The translations under genes were made by a program, and so were the position numbers. Shown here piece after piece: positions 38,788 through 49,102 of a stretch of DNA of 64,000 nt; within the stretch, counting starts at the first letter, position 1, and each line of letters starts with the position of its first letter. The notes beneath the pieces are model-generated. The model ran no database searches. It was not told the DNA's origin and saw nothing but the letters and a program-made list of their open reading frames with translations. The stretch is from Candidatus Eiseniibacteriota bacterium (GTDB lineage Bacteria; Eisenbacteria; RBG-16-71-46; CAIMUX01; VGJL01): the NCBI GenBank assembly GCA_963792585.1, contig CAWBWI010000001.1, positions 160,001-224,000 of the forward strand. The letters run 5' to 3'.

Positions 38788-39345
38788 GTGAGCGTTGATC
38801 ACGAGCGAGTCTGTCCGGTCGAGAGAGCGGGGAGTCTCGACAACATCTGGCGAAAGTGGCTTCAGGATCCCTACAAGATACTGACATCCCATGTCCGCGA
38901 GGGCATGACGGTTCTGGATGTCGGCTGCGGCCCGGGGTTCTTCACGATTCCAATGGCGAGGCTTGTCGGTGAGACCGGTCGCGTCATCGCGGCGGACCTT
39001 CAGGACGGCATGCTGGAGGCGGTGAGGAAGAAGATCTCCGGTACGGAACTCGAGGGGCGACTCACGCTACACCGATGCGGCGTCGACAGGATAGGAGTCC
39101 CCGGGCCAGTGGACTTCGTCCTGCTCTTCTACATGGTCCACGAGGTTCCCGACAAGGCGGGGCTCTTCGGCGAGATCGCGCAGATGCTGCGTCCGGCGGG
39201 ACGGGCGCTCATCGTTGAGCCACCGCTTCATGTGTCGCGCGCGGCGTTCGATCGCACTCTCGTAAGCGCAAGGGCGGCGGGTCTCACGGCGCTTCGCGGA
39301 CCCAAGGTGTTTCTGAGCAAGACGGCGCTGCTCGTGAAGGGATAG
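38788..39345 (+). CDS. Class I SAM-dependent methyltransferase
   Basis: VLDVGCGPGFF, AADLQDGML, YMVHEVPD, LRPAGR. Confidence 0.9.
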   Translation: MSVDHERVCPVERAGSLDNIWRKWLQDPYKILTSHVREGMTVLDVGCGPGFFTIPMARLVGETGRVIAADLQDGMLEAVRKKISGTELEGRLTLHRCGVDRIGVPGPVDFVLLFYMVHEVPDKAGLFGEIAQMLRPAGRALIVEPPLHVSRAAFDRTLVSARAAGLTALRGPKVFLSKTALLVKG

Positions 39346-39430
39346 CAGAACGCTGCCGCGGGGCGGCGGTTCCTCGGAATCATACCGTTGCGGCGGTGGG
39401 GTTCGCAGGGTATCTTGCGCGCCCCTCACT

Positions 39431-40560
39431 CCTGTCCCTCCTGCAAACCCCGTCCGGCTTGGCCTGCTTGCGGTTAGCCTGATCATCTCGGCAGCGATGC
39501 TTCCATGTTCTTCATCATCTTCCGTACCCCGATTTCAGTTCTTCAGTCTCAGCGCGCGTTGGCTGTCGAGAACCTCACCTTGCGCCATCAACTCATTGTC
39601 CTCCAACGAACAGCAAGGAAGCCACGCCTCCGGCGAGGGGATCGCATCCTCTGGGTGCTCCTGTCCCGGTACTGGGCCACCTGGCGGCAGTCACTAACCA
39701 TTTTGGGAAATCACGCGAAGGAGATCGTCTCGATCGACTTCTTCACGGTCCCGACAGTCACGTTCCGGGTGTTCTTCGTGTTCCTCATCCTGAGCAATCA
39801 CCGGAGACGAATCCTCTACTTCAACGTAACGGCGAACCCGAGTGCAGCCTGGACGGGGCGGCAGTTCGTGGAAGCGTTCCCGTGGGATACGGCACCGAGA
39901 TATCTGATCCGGGATCGGGACGGGGTCTACGGGAACGAATTCATCCATCGCGTTGAGGGCATGGGGATCGAGGAGGTACCGATCTCGGCTCACTCGCCTT
40001 GGCAGAACCCCTACGTGGAGCGGATTGTTGGGTCGATTCGACGCGGGTGCTTGGATCACGTAATCATCTTCAGCGAGAGACATCTGCGGCGCGTGCTCCG
40101 ATGCTATCTCGAGTGCTACCACGGATCGCGCACCCATCTTGGGCTGGAGAAGGATTGCCCAGTGCCGAGACCGGTCGAGCGGCGCGAGCTCGGAACCGTC
40201 TGCGAGGAGCCAATGGCTGGCGGACTCCACCAGAGGTACTTCCGCCGAGCGGCGTGACGGCCACCATCGACCCATCCACCTGGTGTCAACTGTCGCTGAG
40301 TTTCGCTGGCCCACCCCTATCGAAACCGCCCATGGAACTCCGGGCTCCCCTCGACTATCATCAAGCGCGCGAGATCCAGGCAGCCGGTGGGGTCCATCGA
40401 CCGTTCTTCGACCGGCCGGTGTTTGCAGGAAGCACGAGCCGATGCAGCGGCTGGGAATGTGCCACGTGAAGTGGCCGGACTTGACGCACATGTACATGCG
40501 GTGCATGAATGCGGCAGATCCGCCCAGGTGCGGCGTGACTGGATTCTCGCGGAGAACGGG
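39431..40560 (+). mobile_element. Degenerate IS (rve integrase-core transposase) with imperfect terminal IRs
   Basis: Left CCTGTCCCTCCTGCAAACCCC; right (reverse complement) CCCGTTCTCCGCGAGAATCC; flanks the transposase ORF. Confidence 0.5.
39505..40257 (+). pseudogene. Integrase-core (DDE) transposase with an apparent in-frame internal deletion
   Basis: ENLTLRHQL...; SIDFFTVPT, LIRDRD, SPWQNPYVER, GGLHQRY. WRQSLTI is joined directly to LGNHA, lacking the HTH segment usual in this family. Confidence 0.75.
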
Positions 40561-40607
40561 TTGATGGGCATGGGGCCAGCAGTCGCTTCGCCCTTGAAGG
40601 AGACGGC

Positions 40608-43295
40608 ATGCTGAACGCCATCATCGTCGCCATCGTGCGCGCCCTGCTTTCCATGCGTTACCGCATCGAGGTCAGCGGTCTGGAGGCGATCGCCGCTCGA
40701 GGCAGGGAGAAAATCCTCTTTCTGCCGTCCCACCCGTCCCTGCTCGACCCAGTCATGGTGATTGCGGTGCTGAGCGGGGCTTTTGCGCCCCACTCGGTGG
40801 CCGACCAGGATGGCGGAATCAATGACACCGCGCTGTTCCGTTGGCTAGGCCGGCGTTTTCGCGTGCGGACCATGCCCCTGATGTTCAAGCATGGACCGCA
40901 GGCCCGGACGACAATCGAGCGTGTGATGGCCGAAAGCATGGCGGGCATGCGGGCCGGTGAAAACCTGCTGCTCTATCCCGCTGGGCATCTGCTGCGCAGT
41001 AACCGCGAGGAGCTGGCCGGCAACAGCGCCGTGCACTCCATCATGCAGGAGGTTCCCGGGGTTCGCGTCGTGCTCTGCCGCACCCGTGGCATCTGGGGGA
41101 GTTGCTTCAGCGCGGCCGGCGGAGATCAGGATCCCGACCTGGTTCGGGAGATGAAGACGCACCTGCCGTATATCCTGAAGAATCTCATCTTCTTCACCCC
41201 GCGCCGACGCGTCACGATGGAATTCATCGAACCGGCTGACTTGCCGCGCGAAGCTCACCGAGACACGCTGAATCGCTACCTTGAAGCGTTCTACAATCGG
41301 GAGCCGTTGCCGCGCCGTACTTGGGTGCCCTACTCGATGTGGGACAGGGGAGGAGCGCGCGAGCTGCCGGAACCGGCCGTCGGGCAAGCCGAAGTAAGTG
41401 TCTCCAGCGTTCCGGATGGCACTCGCGAAATCGTCACCCGGTACCTGCAGCAGCTCTCCGGCCTGGCCTCCGTCGGCGACGGCGACCGACTGGCGGTGGA
41501 ACTGGGAATGGACAGCCTGCTCATTGTCGAGGTCATGGTGTGGCTGCAGACGGAATTCGGCGCCTCCCCGGCCAACGTGGATTCGTTGCGGACCGTAGCG
41601 GATGTATTGCAGGCCGCGAGTGGCGAGTCCCTGGCTGCCGGCCACATCACCCTACATGCTGTGCCGCCGGCCTGGTTCTCTGTGACGAAAGAGGGCTCGC
41701 GGGTTTCCACACCGGCCGGGGAGACGATTACCGAGGTGTTTCTGCGGCAGGCGGCTCGGCACCCGGACCGCGTGATTATCGCCGATCAAATAGGTGGCGT
41801 GAAGACGTATCGCGATCTGGTGCTCTCCTGCCTGGCGTTGACACCGGAGATTTCCCGCCTTCCGGGAGAACGGGTGGGCATCATGTTGCCCGCCTCCACG
41901 GTCGCAACCGTCGTCTACCTGTCCACGCTCTTCGCCGGGAAAACGTCGGTGATGATCAACTGGACGGTGGGACGACGGAACGTGCTCCACGCCCTTGATC
42001 TAACGCAAGCGCAGGTGGTGCTCACTTCCCAGCGCCTCACCGACCGGCTGCTTTCACAGGGGGTCGATCTGGGGGAGGCGCGAGAGCGCTTTGTCTACCT
42101 GGAACGTCTGGGCGCCGGGATCAACCGGAGAGCGAAGCTGCGTGCCTATGTCCGGTCGAAGCTCTCGTGGGGTGTCTTGCAGAAGGCCACGATTTCGCCC
42201 ACGGCGGCCATCCTCTTCACCAGCGGATCGGAGAGTCTGCCCAAGGCCGTGCCGCTGTCTCACAGCAACCTGCTGAGCAATCTGCGCGACATCCTGCAGA
42301 TGATTTCGCTCACCGAGAACGATCGCCTCCTCGGTATGCTCCCGCCATTCCACTCCTTCGGACTAACGGGGAACCTGCTCCTCTCCGTGTGCGGGGGGCT
42401 GCCCACCGTCTTTCACGCCAACCCCACGGAAGGCGCCATGCTGGCCAAGCTGGTGGAAGCCTATGGGGTCTCGATGATCGTGGGCACGCCGACCTTCCTG
42501 AGCGGTGTGGCACGCGCGGGATCACCGGCACAACTGGCGAGTCTGCGACTGGCCTTCACCGGAGCGGAAGAATGTGCGGCGCGCGTCTGGCGGCTGCTGA
42601 AGGAGCGGTGTACGAATGCCGTCATCGTGGAGGGATACGGCATCACGGAGTGCTCGCCCATCGTGTCGGTCAATGACCCCGACGATCCGCACCCGTTCAC
42701 GATTGGGCGCCTGCTTCCCTCGGTGCAGATGGCTTTGCTGGACGTGGAGACCGGCGGGCCGGTGGCGTTCGGCACCCCCGGGATGCTGCTGGTCCGCGGC
42801 CCGAGTATCTTCTCGGGCTACCTGGGTGACGCCCCGAATCCCTTCGTGAGGCACGATGGACATGACTGGTATCGCACCGGCGACCTGGTGAGTGCCGATG
42901 CCGATGGCCTGCTCACCTTTCGTGGTCGTCTGAAGCGCTTTGTCAAGATCGGTGGGGAAATGATCTCGCTCCCCGCCATCGAGTCGACGCTGCTCGCGGC
43001 CATGAGCGAAGGGGCGGACGACGAATCGATCCTGGCTGTGGTGGCTACCGCCGCTACCGATCGCCCGGAACTCCTGCTCTATACGACCAGGGCAGTCGAG
43101 CGCGAGGAGGTGAACCTCCGTATCGGGGCCGCCGGTCTCTCCCCGCTGCACTACATCCGACGGGTCATCCAAGTGGATAGCATCCCGGTGCTCGGCACCG
43201 GCAAGACGGACTATCGGACGTTGCAGGAAGGGACGCCGGTCGCGGATGGCGGAGCTGCCGCCGCCCCTCGCGGGAGAGGCGACGGCTCCGGTTGA
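40608..43295 (+). CDS. Aas-like fusion: PlsC acyltransferase + acyl carrier domain + AMP-binding acyl ligase
   Basis: HPSLLDP, LLYPAG; LGMDSL (Ppant Ser); FTSGSESLPK, EGYGITE, WYRTGD, GRLKRFVKIGGEM, LGTGKTDY. Confidence 0.9.
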   Translation: MLNAIIVAIVRALLSMRYRIEVSGLEAIAARGREKILFLPSHPSLLDPVMVIAVLSGAFAPHSVADQDGGINDTALFRWLGRRFRVRTMPLMFKHGPQARTTIERVMAESMAGMRAGENLLLYPAGHLLRSNREELAGNSAVHSIMQEVPGVRVVLCRTRGIWGSCFSAAGGDQDPDLVREMKTHLPYILKNLIFFTPRRRVTMEFIEPADLPREAHRDTLNRYLEAFYNREPLPRRTWVPYSMWDRGGARELPEPAVGQAEVSVSSVPDGTREIVTRYLQQLSGLASVGDGDRLAVELGMDSLLIVEVMVWLQTEFGASPANVDSLRTVADVLQAASGESLAAGHITLHAVPPAWFSVTKEGSRVSTPAGETITEVFLRQAARHPDRVIIADQIGGVKTYRDLVLSCLALTPEISRLPGERVGIMLPASTVATVVYLSTLFAGKTSVMINWTVGRRNVLHALDLTQAQVVLTSQRLTDRLLSQGVDLGEARERFVYLERLGAGINRRAKLRAYVRSKLSWGVLQKATISPTAAILFTSGSESLPKAVPLSHSNLLSNLRDILQMISLTENDRLLGMLPPFHSFGLTGNLLLSVCGGLPTVFHANPTEGAMLAKLVEAYGVSMIVGTPTFLSGVARAGSPAQLASLRLAFTGAEECAARVWRLLKERCTNAVIVEGYGITECSPIVSVNDPDDPHPFTIGRLLPSVQMALLDVETGGPVAFGTPGMLLVRGPSIFSGYLGDAPNPFVRHDGHDWYRTGDLVSADADGLLTFRGRLKRFVKIGGEMISLPAIESTLLAAMSEGADDESILAVVATAATDRPELLLYTTRAVEREEVNLRIGAAGLSPLHYIRRVIQVDSIPVLGTGKTDYRTLQEGTPVADGGAAAAPRGRGDGSG

Positions 43296-43408
43296 TCCGC
43301 TCGGCCCCGACCCAGAAGAGCCCGCGCTCGACATTCCCCCGTTGTCGTGCCCGCGGTTCCCATACTTCTCCATCAGCCAGAGCTCGTTCGCGTCCAAATG
43401 GACCGACG

Positions 43409-44086
43409 CTACGTGTGGATCCGTCCGGCCAGGATCGATGCCGCAGCGATCGTTCCCAAGCCCGCACAGGCATGCGAGACAATGGGGACGGCCGGACCAC
43501 CCAGGCGCCTCACTAGTGCCCGCCACGCGCACCCCATGCCGGCCAGGAGCAGGACCACGGGAAGGACCCAGAACCAAGGCATGAAGGCGATCAGCACGAT
43601 ACTGTGGTATCCGGCGAATGCCAGATCGGAGAAAGCTGGACCGGATCGTCCGGATGTCAGGGTACATCTCCAAAACAGCTCCTCTAGGATCGGATGCACG
43701 AGGACATACCAGAGGCCGAAGAGCCACCAGGACCCCTGCGTGAACCCCAGGCGAGCGAGCTGTCCCGACAGGTCGCCCGGATTGCGCGCCACGAATCGCC
43801 AGAGCAGCAACAGGGCACCTCCGTTGAAAAAACAGACCAGCGCTAGCCCGAGCCCCCAGCATGTCGACCAACCCCGGCATGCCTCAATGCGGGCCGACTT
43901 GAGGCCTCGTCGAAACACCACCGCAGCGATGGCGGCGTGGTAGAGCAGCAGCGCGGCCCAGGCCGAATGGATCAGATGGATGCCGAGCGCGCAGGATAGG
44001 TAGGGAGCGAGAGCCGCGAGCAGTGCCGCCGGATAGAATTCGCCTTTGTCACTCGTGGGCACGCCGGTGTTGCCGATGGGACGCAA
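43409..44086 (-). CDS. CPBP family intramembrane glutamic endopeptidase
   Basis: Multi-TM; EELFWR, FAGYH, VSH; TTG start after GGAGG. Confidence 0.75.
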   Translation of the reverse strand: MRPIGNTGVPTSDKGEFYPAALLAALAPYLSCALGIHLIHSAWAALLLYHAAIAAVVFRRGLKSARIEACRGWSTCWGLGLALVCFFNGGALLLLWRFVARNPGDLSGQLARLGFTQGSWWLFGLWYVLVHPILEELFWRCTLTSGRSGPAFSDLAFAGYHSIVLIAFMPWFWVLPVVLLLAGMGCAWRALVRRLGGPAVPIVSHACAGLGTIAAASILAGRIHT

Positions 44087-44423
44087 CCGAGATCTTCCTC
44101 CGGGCTGGGGCCATGGTGAGAGGGTCTGGATCCATATCCTTCGCCCACAATGCTACCGCCAACCGCTACGGCTGTCAGCCGTCCCTGCCCGTCCCGAAGT
44201 CTCAAGTAGTCGAGGTGAAACGCATGATGGTCGGGTCCGTGAGCGCGAAGGTGGGACGTCCTTCAGAAAGAATCAAGTCGCCGCAAGGATGGGGTCGGAT
44301 CCAAAAAACAGAGAATTGTCCGAAGACTGTCCTCTCTGGGGAGCCGCTGATCCAAGCCACGAGCTTATCGTGGCGAGAACGGTGAACGGAGCCTCGGTGG
44401 TGCATGCCATCGGGGCTCGTTCT

Positions 44424-44498
44424 TATCCGCAGAAACGCGTGCGTGTTGCGGTGGTGACGCGGCGATGCGGATTCTCTGTTTCGAAACTATATCGAGCG
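44424..44498. repeat. 75-bp dispersed non-coding repeat, copy A
   Basis: Ungapped 51/75 match to 50346-50420; first 15 nt (TATCCGCAGAAACGC) and last 8 nt (ATCGAGCG) identical. Confidence 0.7.
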
Positions 44499-45072
44499 TA
44501 ACCGGAGAGAACCCTCCGTTTCTGGTGACCAAGAGGTCGAAACTCTCTCCGTCTCCGTTCTCTACCCGCCAATGGTGAACGACCCGGTTCGCTCCGGGGT
44601 ACCAGAGAGGACTCTTTTCGAACTACCACTCGCGAATCGACGTAACCGCAATGGCATCAACGAAGACGACTCCCGACCGGTGAACGCTCCACACCCCTGG
44701 TAGATGGTGCTGGAGTCGCTGCCTCGATCGCGGTATCCTCGTTGCGAATTCTCCAGACGCATTCGCCGCCCGACCGCGACGATGAGCGCCAGTCCGGTGC
44801 ACGCGGGATCGAGGTTCTGGAGTCAAGTATGCAGGTCGCAGTTTTCTATCGTGCCCCAGAGGAGCCTCTTGCCCGAGAGGTCAGAGGGGCTCGTGCATCC
44901 AAGGGCCAAGCTCCGGCCCCGAGCACTCATCTCCGACCACGTCTGGACCACACTTCCTCAGCATCCTTTCCAGCGGGTATTCCGACACCACAGCGAATGC
45001 TCAAGGTGACAGTGATGGTGCGAACCGCTCGCAGTGCTGGCCGCATTGGGAGCATGTAGGAGGTCGCAGGCC

Positions 45073-46752
45073 ATGAGACACACAGGATGGTGCTCATCTG
45101 CGCGAGTCTTACTTCTCCAGGCTCTGATAACGCTCGTCGGGATCGCCCTATCGTCATCGGCCCGGGCAGGCCGCAATGCCAACGGTGCTCTGGTAGTGCA
45201 CGTCCTGGAGCGCATTAACGGATACACAGTCTGTGATCTCGGGCCTTCACAAGTCTGTTCCCGGACGTTGCCTACTGCGTGCGCGGATCTCCTCACGGAG
45301 GTTACAGACGACGTTCCCACTCTCTACATCCTTGCAAGTTTCACGGAGATATCCTCGCCGGGGGTCAGCGCCATCCGGTTCGGGATCACTCACAACCTTC
45401 CCAGCGAGTATTGGATCGTGGCGAGGTGCTCGAACCCCTGCATCGAGGATGCAGTTGAGTATCCGGACCCGGACTGGCCGCTGGGTAGCGGACAGGGCCG
45501 GTCGGGCAACAGCGTCGTGTTCAGCTCGCCAGTCTACGATCGATTTTTCAAGTTCTACTACTTCGGGCTCGAGGGGATCTGGTACGACGGGGGGCCGTAC
45601 TTCTTCGCGACCTCGCCTTACAGCGAGATGGAGCCCGCCCTCTTCTACGATGACGCTACGCCCCCCAACACGGACATCTGCGCTAACTTCGGTATCGTGC
45701 GGTGGCTCCAGATGGGCTACAACCAGTGCCCGCACGACACGTTGGGTGCATGCTGCTTCGAGGATGGGACGTGTGAGGTAATACTCGGTGCGGCATGCAG
45801 TGCCCAACACGGGACCTTCCTGGGGTACTTCACCACCTGTGACTCAGTTTACTGTCCCCAGCCCCAAGCGTGCTGCCTGTGCGATGGGGAGTGTCGGTTT
45901 CTCGTCGCGTCGGCGTGTGAGGGTCTGAGCGGTGAGCCCCAAGGCGGAGGCACCACGTGTGATCCGAGTCCGTGCCAAACGTCCGAAGCCTGCTGTATCG
46001 AGGATGGTACTTGCCTCTTCACCACACCGTGCCTGTGTCGGCAGGCTGGCGGCCTACCGTGGGGTGCAGGGACAGTGTGCGATCCGAATCCGTGCTCGGC
46101 ATTTGAGGCTTGTTGTTTCCCGGACGGCACCTGTCAGTTCACGGCCCCATTGACTTGTCAGCAAATGGGCGGGCTATCTTGGGGCCCGGGGACCTTATGC
46201 GATCCGAATCCCTGCCCGCAGCCTAGAGCGTGCTGCTTCCCCGACGGCCACTGCGACATCATTCTTGCGCCGCAGTGCGTCGCTGACGGTGGTCTGCCGC
46301 AGGGGGAGAGGGAATGCGAGCCAAACCCTTGTCTCGTAGGAGCCTGCTGCATCAACGATGCCTGTGAAATCTACTCGTCTGCGAACTGCGCCTCACATGA
46401 CGGCGTCTACATGGGCGACGGGACGCTGTGCAGCCCGAATCCTTGCGTCTCATCGATCGACGATGCATCAGAGATCCCCTCACTTCATCTCTCGGCGTTG
46501 CCCAATCCCAGCACAGGGCAGGTCGTGATCCGGTACCATCTACCCGAGCCTACGACGGTCACAATCGAAGTGTTCAACGCGGCGGGGGAATTGTTGTGGC
46601 GGGTGTCGGAGGGCGTACAGGCAGCAGGCCAACACTCCATGCGGTGGGATGGCAAGGATGACAACGGGGACGATGTGCCATCGGGGGTGTATGTCGCGAG
46701 GATCGTGACGACAGTGGGAGCCTTGACGGAGCGGCTTGTATTGATGAGATGA
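45073..46752 (+). CDS. Secreted protein with six 6-Cys 'GACC' repeats and FlgD-Ig/CTD tail
   Basis: AGGAGG SD; signal peptide then GRNANGALVVH; six xACC..DG.C repeats (45745-46446); tail PNP...EVFNAAG...WDGKDDNG...SGVY. Confidence 0.85.
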   Translation: MRHTGWCSSARVLLLQALITLVGIALSSSARAGRNANGALVVHVLERINGYTVCDLGPSQVCSRTLPTACADLLTEVTDDVPTLYILASFTEISSPGVSAIRFGITHNLPSEYWIVARCSNPCIEDAVEYPDPDWPLGSGQGRSGNSVVFSSPVYDRFFKFYYFGLEGIWYDGGPYFFATSPYSEMEPALFYDDATPPNTDICANFGIVRWLQMGYNQCPHDTLGACCFEDGTCEVILGAACSAQHGTFLGYFTTCDSVYCPQPQACCLCDGECRFLVASACEGLSGEPQGGGTTCDPSPCQTSEACCIEDGTCLFTTPCLCRQAGGLPWGAGTVCDPNPCSAFEACCFPDGTCQFTAPLTCQQMGGLSWGPGTLCDPNPCPQPRACCFPDGHCDIILAPQCVADGGLPQGERECEPNPCLVGACCINDACEIYSSANCASHDGVYMGDGTLCSPNPCVSSIDDASEIPSLHLSALPNPSTGQVVIRYHLPEPTTVTIEVFNAAGELLWRVSEGVQAAGQHSMRWDGKDDNGDDVPSGVYVARIVTTVGALTERLVLMR

Positions 46753-46759
46753 GGTGGAG

Positions 46760-46822
46760 CGACCCTGGTCAAGCCTCTGGGTCAGTGGGGCGATCTTCTA
46801 TCTGCCATGAGAGGGGATCGCC
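46760..46822 (+). repeat. Conserved 3' element with hairpin, copy 1
   Basis: GGCGATCTTCTATC-TGCCAT-GAGAGGGGATCGCC; homologous to 59579-59641. Confidence 0.75.
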
Positions 46823-47408
46823 TGTCCCTTCCAAGTACCTCGTCCACGTTGCCTGATGTGCCGTTAGCGTCGGACCCGCGACAGGCCCATCGCAACGCAC
46901 CTCGAACTCGCGGTCTCGTGGCTGACGCCGATACGACCGGAACATATCGACCGTGGGGGCGCGGAGCGCGGGGATCGCTGGGGGCGGAGCAGCGGCCTAC
47001 ACCAACACGTGCGCGGAGACGGAAGCGCCAAGTGCAGCCAAGGGTCTCGGCCAAAGACGCGCTACCGTCCCCTAGCGGGACCGCACTCGCGCCCCTTGGA
47101 CACCGTGTAACCACAATCACCGTAATCCGGACAGAGATTTCGCGGACTATGGGAGTGCGCTTTCCGGTTTCTCGGATTAAGTCATGCGTAGACCCGATCC
47201 GACACGCACTCGTAAGTTACCGCGTCCGACTTCGACTTAGGTTCCCAAAACCCAGCGCAGTACAATAGACGGCGCAGAATCCAAGTCCTCGCCGACGGAG
47301 ATCGTTGTCGTCCGATCGTGGATCAAGTGAGGGTGATGCCATAGATCCTGTCACAGCAATCGCAATCGCGATCGGCAATGCCGGAACGCGATGGAAGGAT
47401 GTTCAGCC

Positions 47409-48566
47409 ATGTTTCGGATTCGCGAAGCCACATGGTTCTTCGGAACCTGTCTGTGTGCCGTCCTGTCTGCTACCGTCCTCGTCCTTGTCGCCCTGGCCAT
47501 AGTTCCGGGAGATTCCGCAGCGCAGTGCCAGCCCACGTTCCTGCTGAAGTGGGGAACCAACGGTTCCGGCGACGGGCAGTTCAACGAACCCTTTGGGATT
47601 GCAGCGGATGCCGGGGGGAACATCTACGTCTCTGATTACTACAACGACCGCATCCAGAAATTCAGCGACGATGGTACCTACCTGACCCAGTGGGGTTCAG
47701 CCGGCAGTGGCAATGGGCAGTTCAACCATCCACGCCACATCGCCGTCGATGTTTTCGGTGACGTCTACGTTGTCGATACGAACAACAACCGCATCCAGAA
47801 GTTCAGTAGCTTTGGGACCTACTTGACCCAGTGGGGCTCGTCGGGCAGTGGCAATGGACGATTCAATCTCCCGGAAGGAATTGCCACCGACGGTGACGGG
47901 AACGTCTACGTCGCGGATGCGCACAATAATCGGGTCCAGAAGTTTACGAGCACCGGCGCCTACATCGGCCAGTGGGGTTCCTACGGCAGTGGCAATGGTG
48001 AGTTCGACGTTCCCCTAGGAATCACGGTCGACGATGCCAACGATGCCGTCTACGTCACGGAACTGTATAACCCGCGTGTCCAGAAATTCACCATGAACGG
48101 AGCGTACCTTACGCAGTGGGGTTCCTATGGGAGTGGAGATGGGCAGTTCGACAGACCTGAGGACCTTGCTACGGATGCCGCAGGCGATGTCTATGTGACG
48201 GATCTGCGACACCACCGCGTCGAGAAATTCACGGGAATGGGGGACTACCTATGCCAGTGGGGTTCGTTCGGCAGCAGTGACGGACAGTTCTACTACACCA
48301 ACGGAATCGCAATCGATGGTGCTGGGAGCATCTATGTGGTGGACCAGTACAACCACCGGATTCAGAAATTCGGCTACGTTTCCTCCGGTGCTTGCTGCTT
48401 TGCGGATGGGGCGTGCGAAATCCTGCAGCAGCAGCAATGCACGGACCAACACGGAACCTACCAGGGCGAAGGCACGACGTGCGATCCAAATCCGTGTGAG
48501 CCGACGCCGGTTCAGCTGACCACCTGGGGTCGCGTCAAGGCGAACTTCCGGGACCCGACCAGATAA
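47409..48566 (+). CDS. Secreted six-bladed NHL-repeat protein with one GACC repeat and a TWGxxK C-terminal motif
   Basis: Signal peptide; six WGSxGSGxGQFxxPxGIAxD repeats; GACCFADGAC...CDPNPC; PTPVQLTTWGRVKANFR. Confidence 0.9.
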   Translation: MFRIREATWFFGTCLCAVLSATVLVLVALAIVPGDSAAQCQPTFLLKWGTNGSGDGQFNEPFGIAADAGGNIYVSDYYNDRIQKFSDDGTYLTQWGSAGSGNGQFNHPRHIAVDVFGDVYVVDTNNNRIQKFSSFGTYLTQWGSSGSGNGRFNLPEGIATDGDGNVYVADAHNNRVQKFTSTGAYIGQWGSYGSGNGEFDVPLGITVDDANDAVYVTELYNPRVQKFTMNGAYLTQWGSYGSGDGQFDRPEDLATDAAGDVYVTDLRHHRVEKFTGMGDYLCQWGSFGSSDGQFYYTNGIAIDGAGSIYVVDQYNHRIQKFGYVSSGACCFADGACEILQQQQCTDQHGTYQGEGTTCDPNPCEPTPVQLTTWGRVKANFRDPTR

Positions 48567-48670
48567 GGCTGGTCAGGAGGGAGGAGGACGGCGAGTCTTC
48601 TGAAACCCTGTTTGTCGTCCAGTGGGTGAAAGTCCCACCCGATCAGAGCTGAGCCTGGCAGATCGAAAGC
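48553..48670 (+). mobile_element. 5' remnant of a group II intron (domain I only, no RT)
   Basis: CGACCAG-ATAAGG-CTGGTCAGGAGG...GAAACCCTGTTTGTCGTCCAGTGGGTGAAAGTCCCACCCG...GCAGATCGAAAGC resembles bacterial group II intron 5' ends (recalled pattern); the GTGCG boundary is eroded. Confidence 0.55.
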
Positions 48671-48885
48671 GAGGAGCCGACCGATCATCCGAGCTTTGCG
48701 GTCGGACCCGCGTGGCCCAACCCCGAGCGCAGTAGAATGGTGAGCATCATGATCCGAATCCTCCGTCCGGGAATGATCGCCGTCTCCGTGCACGATGTTG
48801 CCGGGCGGATCGTGTCACGGAATGCGGGCGAGCCGGTTGGGGCAGGAGATCAGGGGATCGCCTGGGGGGTCGACGGCTTCGGGGC
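48671..48885 (+). pseudogene. Orphan degenerate FlgD-Ig/CTD fragment
   Basis: Frame reads FAVGPAWPNPERSRMVSIMIRILRPGMIAVSVHDVAGRIVSR...AGDQGIAWG, with no N-terminal gene body. Confidence 0.65.
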
Positions 48886-49102
48886 CGGGTTGCAGGCCGC
48901 AAGAGCGGGAAATGCGGTCCGGTGGGGGGACCGGCCGAGTGACCGACCCCCCGAAACCGGTTCCGTTCCGAAGCTGGGATTCCTGCGGTCCACGCGCCTC
49001 AGCAAGGCGAGTACGACTCGCGATACCTGTCATATACCTTCCCGCAACAAGCCCGAACCGCGCGTCGGAGGCCGGGTTGCGGCGGGGGAGTACTCCTCGA
49101 GA

